A stretch of DNA of 57,911 nucleotides from an uncultured Gammaproteobacteria bacterium. Its GTDB lineage: Bacteria > Patescibacteriota > Microgenomatia > Daviesbacterales > UBA10151. Location: assembly GCA_964489875.1 (NCBI GenBank), contig CAZAZW010000002.1, positions 134,792 to 192,702 on the forward strand. Reading direction: 5' to 3'. A program made the position numbers and the translations under genes. Shown one piece after another: positions 28,237 to 38,200 of the stretch; position 1 is the first letter of the stretch; every line of letters begins with the position of its first letter. Under the pieces are notes generated by a model that ran no database searches, was not told the origin of the DNA, and saw only the letters and a program-made list of their open reading frames with translations.

Positions 28237-30075
28237 TTATCCTAACTGTATTCTTTCTGCCGGATTAGTGGTAATTAGGGGATGTTCTGATTGGGAAGCT
28301 ACTACCTTTAAGGCTACATGGTTCTGGTCTGCAATAATTAAGGCTTCACCTCTATCGCATGAGAGAAGAAACTTTTGCTCATATTCAGATAAATTAAACT
28401 CTTCAGCTACTTTTTTAATGGTAGTGGTATCCTGCCTCATTAGAACCCGCAGGGATGATTGGGAGGCTATGGCCTTACCATATTCACTGTTTAGAAAATC
28501 ATTAGCCTGCTGGGAAATGACCGATACGCCTAGGTAGTATTTCCTGGCTCTTCTGGCAAGTCCGGCTATAAAATTAGCTGTTTCTTCATGTTTTAAAAGC
28601 ATCCAGCCCTCATCTATCACCAGCAGCCTTTTGACGGGATCTTTTTTCACCTGGTTAAAGACAAAGGAAGCTACCACAAACATCATGATCTGGCGCAGTG
28701 ATTCGGACAGGTCTTTAATATCGAAGACCACCAGTCTGTTGTTTAACTCAATATTGGTCTGTGCATCAAATACCCCGGTCAGCGACCCTTTTATATACTT
28801 GGTAAGCCTGGTGCAGAGCTTTTTCTGGCCTAACTGCCTTAGGGTTTTATATAAGTCTTTGAGTATTGGATAAGCTCTCACTTTCTTTGGCCTGCCTCTT
28901 TTAACTTTTTTCTTTCTTCCTCTTTTCTTAATGTTGATGTTTTCATTAACGTTTTCTGTTTCATCTTTCATGGAATGGTGGAACTGTTTATATGTTTGGA
29001 TTATGGCTTTATCTACCACGGCCTTTTCTTCCGCAGTTAACCCGTCTGCCATTAAAGACACCAGCTCAGTTAAATCCTGGATATGCTCCGGCAGGCCGTT
29101 ACCTTCTTCGGTGTTGGAAGACAGGGAAAAATCAAAGGGGTTTAGTTTCTCTTTTGACCTGACCGAGAGTTTAATATAGGTGCCGCCGACAGATTCAGCT
29201 AAGCGTTTATATTCCCTTTCCGGATCTATGACTATCACCTTGGTGCCCTGCATTAAGTGCCGCAGTATCTCAACTTTGGCCGTATAGGATTTACCTGACC
29301 CGCTTTGGGCAAAGGTAATGCTGTTTGAGTTGTTTAAGGAAAACCTGTCAATCATCACCAGGGAATTGTTGGATTTGTTGATACCGTATAAAATCCCTGA
29401 TTCCTGCACCAGCTCAGATGAGGTAAAGGGAAAAGTTAGAGCAGTTGATGATGAATCCAGGTTTCTTCTCTGGCCCAGTTGGTTTTCTGCTCTCGGCAGA
29501 ACCGACTGTAAACCCTCAAGTTGCTGGAAAGTAGCTGTTTTGGAATAGAATAATCTTGTAGAGAGTACTGTTTCCAAAAGAGTGGTGATTTTATTAAGCT
29601 CAACTAAGGAACCGGCAGTGATGGTGATATAAATTGAGATCTGGAATAGTTTTTCCTGACCTCGCTGGATTTTATTCTTAAGCTCAATGGCAGAATCCAG
29701 GGGATCGGATATTTCCGAGCCGATTATTTTGCCTGACTGCTGCATGCTTCTTTTAGTTGATTCAAGCTCAGTAATCTTCCTGTTTAGTTTGGGTAAAGCC
29801 AATATCGGGTCAATATGTTCTACATGGTAGGAGATATCGACGTTATGGTTAAAGTTAATTAACATGGTGAGCCACCCGGTTGAGGCTACGTATGGATAAC
29901 CGGAGACAAAAAGTGTCCTAACAAATTTATTACCCAACACAAGGTGATTGGATTGTTCTTCCAACCCGGAGTATGAAATTAGGTCAACCTGATCCTGCCC
30001 TCCGACATTAAATTTAACTGCCTTCTGTGTGGCCTTTTTTCTTTCCTTAAGATCAGAAAATATACTAAATTGCAT
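28237..30075 (-). CDS. virB4: VirB4/TraE-like T4SS ATPase
   Basis: AQSGSGKS Walker A, IDPEREY, LVIDEGW Walker B, ARKY. Confidence 0.9.
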   Translation of the reverse strand: MQFSIFSDLKERKKATQKAVKFNVGGQDQVDLISYSGLEEQSNHLVLGNKFVRTLFVSGYPYVASTGWLTMLINFNHNVDISYHVEHIDPILALPKLNRKITELESTKRSMQQSGKIIGSEISDPLDSAIELKNKIQRGQEKLFQISIYITITAGSLVELNKITTLLETVLSTRLFYSKTATFQQLEGLQSVLPRAENQLGQRRNLDSSSTALTFPFTSSELVQESGILYGINKSNNSLVMIDRFSLNNSNSITFAQSGSGKSYTAKVEILRHLMQGTKVIVIDPEREYKRLAESVGGTYIKLSVRSKEKLNPFDFSLSSNTEEGNGLPEHIQDLTELVSLMADGLTAEEKAVVDKAIIQTYKQFHHSMKDETENVNENINIKKRGRKKKVKRGRPKKVRAYPILKDLYKTLRQLGQKKLCTRLTKYIKGSLTGVFDAQTNIELNNRLVVFDIKDLSESLRQIMMFVVASFVFNQVKKDPVKRLLVIDEGWMLLKHEETANFIAGLARRARKYYLGVSVISQQANDFLNSEYGKAIASQSSLRVLMRQDTTTIKKVAEEFNLSEYEQKFLLSCDRGEALIIADQNHVALKVVASQSEHPLITTNPAERIQLG

Positions 30076-30685
30076 ATGCTCCTTCAAAAATTGGTTTTAG
30101 AGTTTCAGCTTTCAGGGGCTGGGATTTTATCTGGTCAGAGTTGTAGAAAGTATAGAAAAGGTCAAGGATTTCCAGGGAATCAAGTATTCTGGTTTTCATG
30201 CCCAGCTTTTCCAGACCCTTAATGACAATGTCCTGGTTTAACAGAAGCTGTTCTTTGGCCAGGGCAAAATCATGTTTTCCGTCTGTCACATCATAGGGAA
30301 TAACCACATAAAATCTTCTTGATAATATTTTATTCCCGGATACCAGGTCGGTAATAAACGAGCAGTAGCTTTGAATTTGGGTTTTGTAGACCTCCTCTTC
30401 TTCATTGCTTTCTTTTTTGCTGAATTCCTCCAGGTACCGGTCAATATCTACCTCCCTGACCCGGATCAGGATCTGAAGCGGGCAAGGAAGCGAATTTAGG
30501 AAATTCTGGAAATTATCAATAATGGCATCCTGCTCATCTTCGCTTTTTAGCTCAAAATTGATGGCTGAAGTTTCAATTATGCTCCGGTACTTGTTACCGG
30601 GAAGAATAAGCATATTATCCTTAACTTCCTTAATCCTGATCTGCCTTCTGGAGGAAGATTTACTTTTTGGCTTGCCAAACAGCAT
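30065..30685 (-). CDS. Conjugation protein (PrgI C-terminal / TraC-associated type)
   Basis: INFELKSEDEQ...FLNSL...QILIR; adjacent to virB4. Confidence 0.7.
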   Translation of the reverse strand: MLFGKPKSKSSSRRQIRIKEVKDNMLILPGNKYRSIIETSAINFELKSEDEQDAIIDNFQNFLNSLPCPLQILIRVREVDIDRYLEEFSKKESNEEEEVYKTQIQSYCSFITDLVSGNKILSRRFYVVIPYDVTDGKHDFALAKEQLLLNQDIVIKGLEKLGMKTRILDSLEILDLFYTFYNSDQIKSQPLKAETLKPIFEGAYAI

Positions 30686-31160
30686 TGATGCCTCCCTTAT
30701 CAAATTTAAAGGATAGTTTTGCCCTTGAGATGCCTAAAATACGTTCAATACTGTCCGGATCAAACATCGGGGCATCTTTTTCCTTCCCGGCTTTATTTAG
30801 CTTTAAAGCTTTTCTCACTTTCTTTTTAATAACCGGCTCTAAAACAATATCCCGAAGATAAACATCATTTTTATCGGAAACATAATAAGCCGGCCGCAAG
30901 TAATAGCCGGTCAGGATAAACAGCCAGTTCAATACCACTCGGCCTTTTATTCTAAGAGCCAGTGTGAAACAAACTAAAAAACTAATAATTATCATGGGTA
31001 TTTTATAAATTGAGAACTGCAACCTGGCAGGCAGGACGGCATAAATGCCTACTGCAATAAAGAGAGAGGCTAAAAGAAGCAATATCTGGGTCAAATTAAA
31101 ATTACCTGCTATCTTATCCTCAATTGTGGTGATCTGTGCCGGTATGACTGTTGTCCTCAC
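30660..31160 (-). CDS. PrgI/VirB3-like membrane protein
   Basis: PAQITTIEDKIAGNFNLTQ followed by two TMs. Confidence 0.8.
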   Translation of the reverse strand: MRTTVIPAQITTIEDKIAGNFNLTQILLLLASLFIAVGIYAVLPARLQFSIYKIPMIIISFLVCFTLALRIKGRVVLNWLFILTGYYLRPAYYVSDKNDVYLRDIVLEPVIKKKVRKALKLNKAGKEKDAPMFDPDSIERILGISRAKLSFKFDKGGINAVWQAKK

Positions 31161-32449
31161 GCTGCCACCGTCCTTCTGGGTGTTACTTTTGTCCCGTCTA
31201 TCTTACCTGCCATAGAAGCTTCTTTTGAGCTGGTTGAGATAACATTCATGATCTGCCCGCCGATTTTCCTGACCATGCCCCGGCCGGTGTTATAGAAAAC
31301 CAGCTGCATCATAATGGAGGGAGTTTTAAGCAGGGTAAACAGCAGCCCTATACCTACCAGGATTGATATCAGCGAATTGGTGCCGGACTGGCCGGAAACA
31401 GTTAAGAATGAAGCTGCCAGCTGGATAATAACCACATGAACAAAAACAGTATAAACGGCAGTAATGTAAGCCTTAACTGAAATCTCGGCAAAATCAGCAA
31501 ATTTAGGGATAGCCCACAGCAGAAAAATTAAGGGGGACATGACAGCCCCCAGGGCAATGGTGATCAGCCTTGTGACATAGAATAAAAGCAGCACTATGGC
31601 CACAATGATAAATAAAATCATAAAGATAAATGTGATCAGCGGAGTACTGTCTGTCACAATTGAGGCCGGTGTAAAGGCATTTTGTATCCAGGCAGAGTTT
31701 AGTCCGCCTGTTGCATTAAGAACTGCCTTAATTAAGGTATTGCAGCTTAAAACTATCCAGTCGGCTAAAAATATGGACATGTTGGCTCCCAAAAAAGCCA
31801 GGCCGATCCGGGGGAGCAGATGTTTAAATTCAATCTCTTCAAACCCGAATGTGGAAGCGGACATGAAATGAAACCCCAGCAAAGCTATAACCAGGACAAA
31901 CAAAGAATCGGTGATTCCCACCATCACCAGCCAGAAATTAAAGATCACGGAGTTGGTCAGGATGGAAGGCGTATTGGTTAAAAAAGTAATAATTCCGTCA
32001 GTTAACGGCTTGGTGGCAGACTGGACAATGTTTTGCAAAAACCCGGCTATGGCATCCAGCAGCACCTGAGTTAAACCGTCCGAGGGCTGGACAGGCTGGA
32101 TGGGAGAAAGATTAAGCTGGGCAGATGATGTGCCCTGATTTGGTGTGTTAAAAGCACCCTGAAGCAGGGAAGATAAAACAGCAGCGGAGATGACAACCAC
32201 CAGTCCGATGAGGGCATTTCTGACTGTCAGCTTGGCATGCTCGAGGGCATCCGGCTTGCCGGTTGAGGTGATATACATATATCCTCCCCTGACCAGAAAA
32301 AATGTGGCAGCAGCCGTGGCAAATATCAGCAGGGTACTTAAGGTTTGGTTTGTGAATGTTGATATTTCAGAATTTGTTTCAGCCGCAAAAACTAAAGCGG
32401 GGTTGAAAAGCAAAAATAATATACCTGCAGAAGCTGTTAAAAACTTCAT
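31157..32449 (-). CDS. VirB6/TrbL-like polytopic membrane protein with N-terminal pilin-like repeat
   Basis: GYMYITSTG..ALEHAK..ALIG pilin motif, then many TMs. Confidence 0.75.
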   Translation of the reverse strand: MKFLTASAGILFLLFNPALVFAAETNSEISTFTNQTLSTLLIFATAAATFFLVRGGYMYITSTGKPDALEHAKLTVRNALIGLVVVISAAVLSSLLQGAFNTPNQGTSSAQLNLSPIQPVQPSDGLTQVLLDAIAGFLQNIVQSATKPLTDGIITFLTNTPSILTNSVIFNFWLVMVGITDSLFVLVIALLGFHFMSASTFGFEEIEFKHLLPRIGLAFLGANMSIFLADWIVLSCNTLIKAVLNATGGLNSAWIQNAFTPASIVTDSTPLITFIFMILFIIVAIVLLLFYVTRLITIALGAVMSPLIFLLWAIPKFADFAEISVKAYITAVYTVFVHVVIIQLAASFLTVSGQSGTNSLISILVGIGLLFTLLKTPSIMMQLVFYNTGRGMVRKIGGQIMNVISTSSKEASMAGKIDGTKVTPRRTVAA

Positions 32450-32471
32450 ATCCTATTTATATAGGCAGGTA

Positions 32472-32804
32472 TTATTGGGCGCCGCCGAAAGCGGAAGTTG
32501 CAATCTGGGTGACTATATTAGATAGAACAAATGCTCCCAAAACTATTGCCAAACCGATTGCGGAATACATGACGGTTTTCTTGGCTCCGTCCAAGGCTTC
32601 CGGGTTGCCGGAACTGGTAATGTAGCGGAATCCTCCCCAAACTAAAAATGCCGTAGCAACCAAACCTGCCAGGGTAACAAAAATCTGGATAATATTCTGG
32701 ATAAAACTTTGGACTTTGGAAATATCAGCAGACTGGGCAAATACCGGAGAGGCAACTACTAAAGCTGTTAATAAAACGCAAGATGTTAATATTACTTTTT
32801 TCAT
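32472..32804 (-). CDS. VirB2/TrbC-like pilin
   Basis: Signal peptide; GGFRYITSSGNPE..AKKT...AIGL; GGAGGTG RBS. Confidence 0.85.
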   Translation of the reverse strand: MKKVILTSCVLLTALVVASPVFAQSADISKVQSFIQNIIQIFVTLAGLVATAFLVWGGFRYITSSGNPEALDGAKKTVMYSAIGLAIVLGAFVLSNIVTQIATSAFGGAQ

Positions 32805-32845
32805 ACCTCACCTCCAATCTCTGTTAAAGTGGGCAGAAAATATAC

Positions 32846-32875
32846 AAAAAAAGGCTGCCATCAGCAGGCAGCTTT
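32846..32875 (-). terminator. Terminator-like hairpin in the leader of the transfer operon
   Basis: Minus strand aaagctgcc-tgctgat-ggcagcc followed by T7. Confidence 0.6.
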
Positions 32876-33032
32876 GATTAAGTGCCATCTTATAAAAAAT
32901 AATCCCATAAATCAAGAGGCAAAAACAGGTTTTGTAAGAGTCAAGAAGCGTAACCGATGCATTTCGTCTTCTGCAATTTATATACAATACTTGTTGAGCC
33001 AAACTTTTTGATTATTTCTCCACTTTTCCTAC

Positions 33033-33061
33033 TTGAAACTATAGGACTTTTTTGGTATAAT
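33033..33061 (+). promoter_or_regulatory. Sigma70-type promoter of the cargo module
   Basis: TTGAAA-17-TATAAT with extended TGn; ATG 9 nt after the -10. Confidence 0.7.
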
Positions 33062-33070
33062 TTATTCCCT

Positions 33071-33844
33071 ATGATTGATCGTGATCCTAGATTCATAAAT
33101 CCCAAAGATTTAGGTCTGTCTGATCCTGCTGGATTAATGCCTTTGAAAGAGGTTACTACTCAGACAGTTTTGCGTGACGGGAGAGGGATTAGGTGGTCTG
33201 AATTAAAAAATGATGAAAAAACTTTAAAAGATACTGTAGAAACGGAAGTAAGAAAATTATTGCCAGGTGAATGCAAATTAACAATCAAGCTCTTACGCAC
33301 AAATAAATTGTCGGGATTAGAACATGCAATAATAAGATATTACCCTGGAGGATTAAGCGCATTAAGAAAAACTTTAGGAGACGAAACCAATCCTAAACCC
33401 CGTAGTTATTGGCAAGATCCGGAAGCGGTGAAACAAGAAACTGTCCGCTTTATGGAAGACGAAGGAGGCTTTTCTTTCAATTTACTTTCTAACAAGGGCA
33501 GAAATGACCTTTCAATTGCAATTAGAAGACACTATCAAGGCGGCATGAAACAGTTAAGAAAGGATTTAAATCTTGAACCAAGACCAGAAACAAAACCTCT
33601 TGGATTTTGGAATAATCAGGAAACAATAGAATCAGAAGCTCTTAATTTTTTTGAAGAAGAGGGCACACTATCCTTTTATGCATTGTTACGCAAAAGGGGT
33701 TCTTTAGCACGAGCAATTCTTAAGAAATACCCTGGGGGGATGCACAGTTTAAGAGAAAAACTTTCTATTCCAGATCCACGTAATAAAAAGAAAGTTCTAC
33801 CCGAGGAAGCCGATCAAGAACTAAGAAAATTAATAGAGGAATAA
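33071..33844 (+). CDS. Tandem-repeat protein A (3 x ~63-aa KPxxYW...YPGG units) with C-terminal PEEADQELRKL tag
   Basis: Repeats visible in translation; start placed after the promoter. Confidence 0.8.
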   Translation: MIDRDPRFINPKDLGLSDPAGLMPLKEVTTQTVLRDGRGIRWSELKNDEKTLKDTVETEVRKLLPGECKLTIKLLRTNKLSGLEHAIIRYYPGGLSALRKTLGDETNPKPRSYWQDPEAVKQETVRFMEDEGGFSFNLLSNKGRNDLSIAIRRHYQGGMKQLRKDLNLEPRPETKPLGFWNNQETIESEALNFFEEEGTLSFYALLRKRGSLARAILKKYPGGMHSLREKLSIPDPRNKKKVLPEEADQELRKLIEE

Positions 33845-33847
33845 ATT

Positions 33848-33955
33848 ATGGAAAGAGAATTAACCGGAGAACGAGGATTACTTTATAATCAGCAGCCTAC
33901 ATTCGAGATACCCAGAGATTCAAGAGGCAGGATAAGGTGGTCAAAAATAATATGA
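33848..33955 (+). CDS. 35-aa micro-ORF or truncated paralog carrying only the PRDSRGRIRW motif
   Basis: MERELTGERGLLYNQQPTFEIPRDSRGRIRWSKII*; GAGGA RBS; ATGA overlap with the next gene. Confidence 0.6.
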   Translation: MERELTGERGLLYNQQPTFEIPRDSRGRIRWSKII

Positions 33956-35256
33956 ATCCAGAAACTCGAAAATTACCAATGCGGGAAGCTGTTCAACGAG
34001 GGTTTGAGCCTCCTCGGGACAACAGGGGTAGAATAAGATGGCAGGTTTTAAAGCAGGAACCGGTTCAACTCACTGCCTTTATTGAATCGGAGTCGCGCTT
34101 GCTTATATCGCGAGGAATTCAGCTTAAGCATAAGGAATTAATGAAAGCCGGGGTATCATACCTATCGAGGGCGATTGTAACCTATTATCCTGATGGCTAC
34201 AGCGGTTTGCATCAGGCTTTAGGATTATCAACTAAGTGCAAACCCAGAAACTATTGGGCAAGACCTGAAGCAATTGAGATAATGAAGCAGGATGTGGAAG
34301 CAATTCGTCAGCAAGAAGGCAGAATCAGTGAACCGCTGTTGCGCCGGGTCAAAAGAACTGATTTGATTCAGGCAATCAGAAAACACTATCCCGGCGGCTG
34401 GCAACAACTAACAGCTGATTTAGAGATTTCATCACAACAAAAACCGCGGGGATATTGGACAAAAGAAACAATCAAAAAAGAAGCTGATGCTTTTTTAAGC
34501 AAAAACGGAGTATTATCAAAGTCTTCTTTATATCAGGATGGAAGATGCGATCTGGCTACAGCGATTACCGGTAAGTATCCCGGAGGCCTCGAGGCTCTAA
34601 AGACAGAATTACAGGTTAACACACGAATGAAACCACACGGATATTGGAACCTAAATTCAATTCAAGTGGAAGCGGCCCAATTTTATGCCGAATTCGGAAG
34701 TTTATCTCCGGATACCTTAGTGAAAAACGGCAGAGGTGATTTACTTCATGCTATTTTCGATAGATACCCAGGAGGCATTAAAAAACTTCAAAACGACCAA
34801 GGGATTGCATCCCGAAGAAAAGAAACCGGCTACTGGACAGTAGAGCGCATCAAAGAAGAGGCTCTCGCCTTTTATAATCAACATGGGAAACTAACAGGTC
34901 CCTGTTTAATCGCAGAAGGCAGGGGTGATCTAACAAATGCTTTTAGGGATTACCCCGGCGGATTGAGAGGACTTCAGAAGGATCTAGATATCAAAACTAC
35001 TAAACAACCTAATGGTTACTGGACGGTTGAGAAAATTGAAGAAGAAGCTGCCGAGTTTGTAAAGCAACATACCACAATTAGTTTTGAATCATTAAGAAGG
35101 GAAAGGAAATTTAGCTTGCACGTAATGATAGGCAGACTTTACCCGGGTGGCATAGCTGCCTTAAAGGAGAAACTAGGAGTAAGTGAATTACCTGAAGCAA
35201 CGCTATCTCCTGATGAAGCAAATTTTGAACTGGCAAAGCTGATAGAAGAAGTTTAG
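33952..35256 (+). CDS. Tandem-repeat protein B (6 x ~63-aa units) with C-terminal PDEANFELAKL tag
   Basis: KPxGYW...E(A)..F....G.L....L...GRxDL..AI...YPGG...L..L repeats. Confidence 0.85.
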   Translation: MNPETRKLPMREAVQRGFEPPRDNRGRIRWQVLKQEPVQLTAFIESESRLLISRGIQLKHKELMKAGVSYLSRAIVTYYPDGYSGLHQALGLSTKCKPRNYWARPEAIEIMKQDVEAIRQQEGRISEPLLRRVKRTDLIQAIRKHYPGGWQQLTADLEISSQQKPRGYWTKETIKKEADAFLSKNGVLSKSSLYQDGRCDLATAITGKYPGGLEALKTELQVNTRMKPHGYWNLNSIQVEAAQFYAEFGSLSPDTLVKNGRGDLLHAIFDRYPGGIKKLQNDQGIASRRKETGYWTVERIKEEALAFYNQHGKLTGPCLIAEGRGDLTNAFRDYPGGLRGLQKDLDIKTTKQPNGYWTVEKIEEEAAEFVKQHTTISFESLRRERKFSLHVMIGRLYPGGIAALKEKLGVSELPEATLSPDEANFELAKLIEEV

Positions 35257-35258
35257 AT

Positions 35259-35287
35259 TTGAACTATAGGTCACAATGTAGTATAAT
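35259..35287 (+). promoter_or_regulatory. Sigma70-type promoter of the helicase gene
   Basis: TTGAAC-17-TATAAT; shares AACTATAGG with the promoter at 33033. Confidence 0.65.
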
Positions 35288-35296
35288 AATATTTAA

Positions 35297-38200
35297 ATGG
35301 TAACAGAACGTATAGAAACAACAGAACAAACAATAGTACCTGATTTCACTGAAAGAATTATCGGGAAATATTCTATATCTAAACAGGCTTTAGAGAAAAT
35401 CATCACTCTCCAGCCTACCGATCCTGATTATCCCCTTTCTAGTTCTTTTGAGGATAACTATCAAGCTTCTAATAATTCAGAGATGAAATATGCAATTGCC
35501 AGAGCTTTAATCGCAGACGGCAGATATTCGAATACACCTTGGTTAGTACGCAAATTTCTTGCCCCAGGGCAAGAGGTTGCACCGGAGATCAAACAACTCA
35601 AGGGTAATTTACAATTTCATTTAGTCAAAGAAGGCCGGGTAGATATAAACTCCGGTGAAGCTAAAGAAGCCGAAGATGAAGTTTTGGGTTATGTTGACAG
35701 AAGCGAATTGCTAAAGAAGCTTAGGCAGGTTCTTCCTATTCATGTGATGGGAGCAATTACCAATGCCCTACTTTTTGAAGACGTTACGGATGAAAAGAAG
35801 AAAGAAAAACTCAGATCTTTCACCACAAGAGCTCTAATTAGGCCTTATCTAGGCGATCTTTTGGTACAAAGACCACTTGGAGAAATTGATTTTAGAGACT
35901 TAGTAGTGATGGTACCTGAGAAGGTATTCAAAAACGCAGATACAGCTACCTTGGGGATTGTTAGAAATCATTTAGTTTCAGAGGCTATGAGACTATTTAT
36001 CAATAACGAAGAAGAGGGTTTCCGAAGTCTTTCTGTCAGCACTTTAACTGAAACCTCTCCTGTGAAAAGAGAGTTTTTAGAAAAAGTTGAGCGTGAATTT
36101 CATGAGATTGCGGAGGTTCAAATTCCGCCTGTTTTTTACTCTGAAGTTGAAGGTTGGTTTGCTGATAAATCACCTTTCCCTCTTTTCAGACAAAAATATT
36201 TTGTCTATGAATTTTTGAGGAGTAGAAGATCTTTTTTAAACGGTGATACCGGAGCTACCAAAACAGCTTGTGCATATCTGGGAATGGAAACAATAGGAGC
36301 ACAGAGAGTAACGATTTTTGGCCCTGCCAAGGCCCGTAATACCTGGCCAAGAGAAGCTGAAAAGATCTTCTTAGATGAACACAGGCCTGATGTTTTTGCT
36401 GTCAGAAGGTTTAAAGATTTAGAAGACCCAAGGGTGGAGACCGCCAAATATGTCTATGTTGGCAGCGAGCTTTTAGGCGGGGCTTGGAATAACCCGCAGT
36501 TATATGGACGAATCCAGAAAGCCTTACTTGAGAAACGTCAAACAGACGGTTTAATTTTTGATGAATCAGATGAATTTTGCCACTCGGGTGCAAACTGCAC
36601 AAAAATGCTTGTTGACCTTGTTAAAAAAATGCATGAAGGTTATAGACAAAGAAATGTCTTCGAAATGCCGTCAATTGCTTTAACAGCTACTCCAATAAGC
36701 TCCAGTCTTGAAGATATGGATATTACCATGGCGCTTTTATATCCTGACAAATTCTCACTTCCGAGACAAAAGGGTGATGGTGTTTATCCCTTTAGTATCC
36801 AAGCATTAAGAGACCCTAAACTCGCTTATTTCCTGCTTCAGGGTGAAGGTTTAATGATTCAGTGGAGCCTAGAGGATCTCTTTGGGGAAAAGGCGCCAAA
36901 ACTTAAGTTTGGTCCTGAAAATAGAATCAGTATTGCCACCTCCCCTACACAGGAAATTATTTATGAATGGGCGGCTGGTTTACAAATAGGAACACTGGCT
37001 AAAATAAGGCTTTTGCGGGCTGTATTACTCAATCCTGAACTGATCAAAAGAGCCTGCCAGGAGAGAAATCTGATACCCGAACCGGTATACAGCAAGGAAG
37101 GATTAGTTGAGAAATTTCATGAATTACATGAAGCATGGATGAAGTGGACAATTGATAAGGATGGGAGAATCCCCTACGAAAAATTTAGCACTGACTGGAT
37201 TGCCAAATACGGAGATAGAGATTTGCTTCTGCAGTGCTTCTTTGATGATAAATTAATAGACGGAGTTGAAAGTTTATCCAGAAGATATCCAGAGATTTAT
37301 AGTGACTGGCAAACTCAAGATACTGTTTCAGGGAAATATTCAGCCTTAAAACGCTTCTTGCAGGAAAGAATTGTCAGAAATGGGGATGGAAGTTATCATG
37401 CCCGGGAGAAAGTCTTCGTAGTTTCACCATACCATAAAAGAGGTATTACGAGATGGCTTGATGATCCCAACACTAAAGATGAGGATTTGGAAGATAACGC
37501 CTGGAGTCTTTATGAGTACATGCATATGGACTGGCTTCCAGACCTACCAGCAGATATGGCGATTAATATTGACGGAACCAGATCTTTTACTGCCCGTGAT
37601 CGGGCTGCTGGCTTTTTTCGGGAATACGGCAATAAAAATGCTTTAGTAATTGCTTCAATGGACTCAGTTAACGAAAGTATGGACTGGGCAATCAGAGATA
37701 CTGAGTCAAACAGAAATATAGAAAGACTGAGTGTGGTGTTCCTGGGGTGGCCATTTGGTTTTGATGAATTTAAGCAGATGACCGGAAGATTTTTAAGGCC
37801 AGGCCAATCAAAACCGGTTGATATTTATGTCTATGAAGGTGAAAATTCAATAGATCAGGGATTCTTTAATTTAGTTAGAGTCAAACACCTTTTAACTCAG
37901 ATGGCTTTAGCAGGAGTAAATTTAAGCCCGGAAGACCAGGAATTTTTCAAATCCTCGACCTCCGCTAAAAGAATTTTGCTTGCACAACCGAATGTTGGTC
38001 AGGCGTTCTTGCGGGATGTTGTTAAAAGAATGGCTGGTTTGGGTGAGCGGGAAGCTGCTGGAGAGCTTTCTAAAGATAAAGATGGTAAGACCTATGAACA
38101 ACTTTTCGCTGAATTCTATTTTGATGAGGGTAAAGATGAATTCAGAATTGTAGGAAACAATGCGGAGCTTGCCAAAAATATTCTGTTTAGGACTAATCCC

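Noticed and set aside
32957-33070. N-terminal extension of the 295-aa ORF in the track
   Set aside because: Overlaps a clear promoter; real start placed at 33071 (similar over-extensions at 8245, 23825, 28194, 33937 and 54762)
33071-35256. Diversity-generating retroelement or TALE-like DNA repeats
   Set aside because: No reverse transcriptase or TR/VR pair; repeat units are divergent at the DNA level, not near-identical
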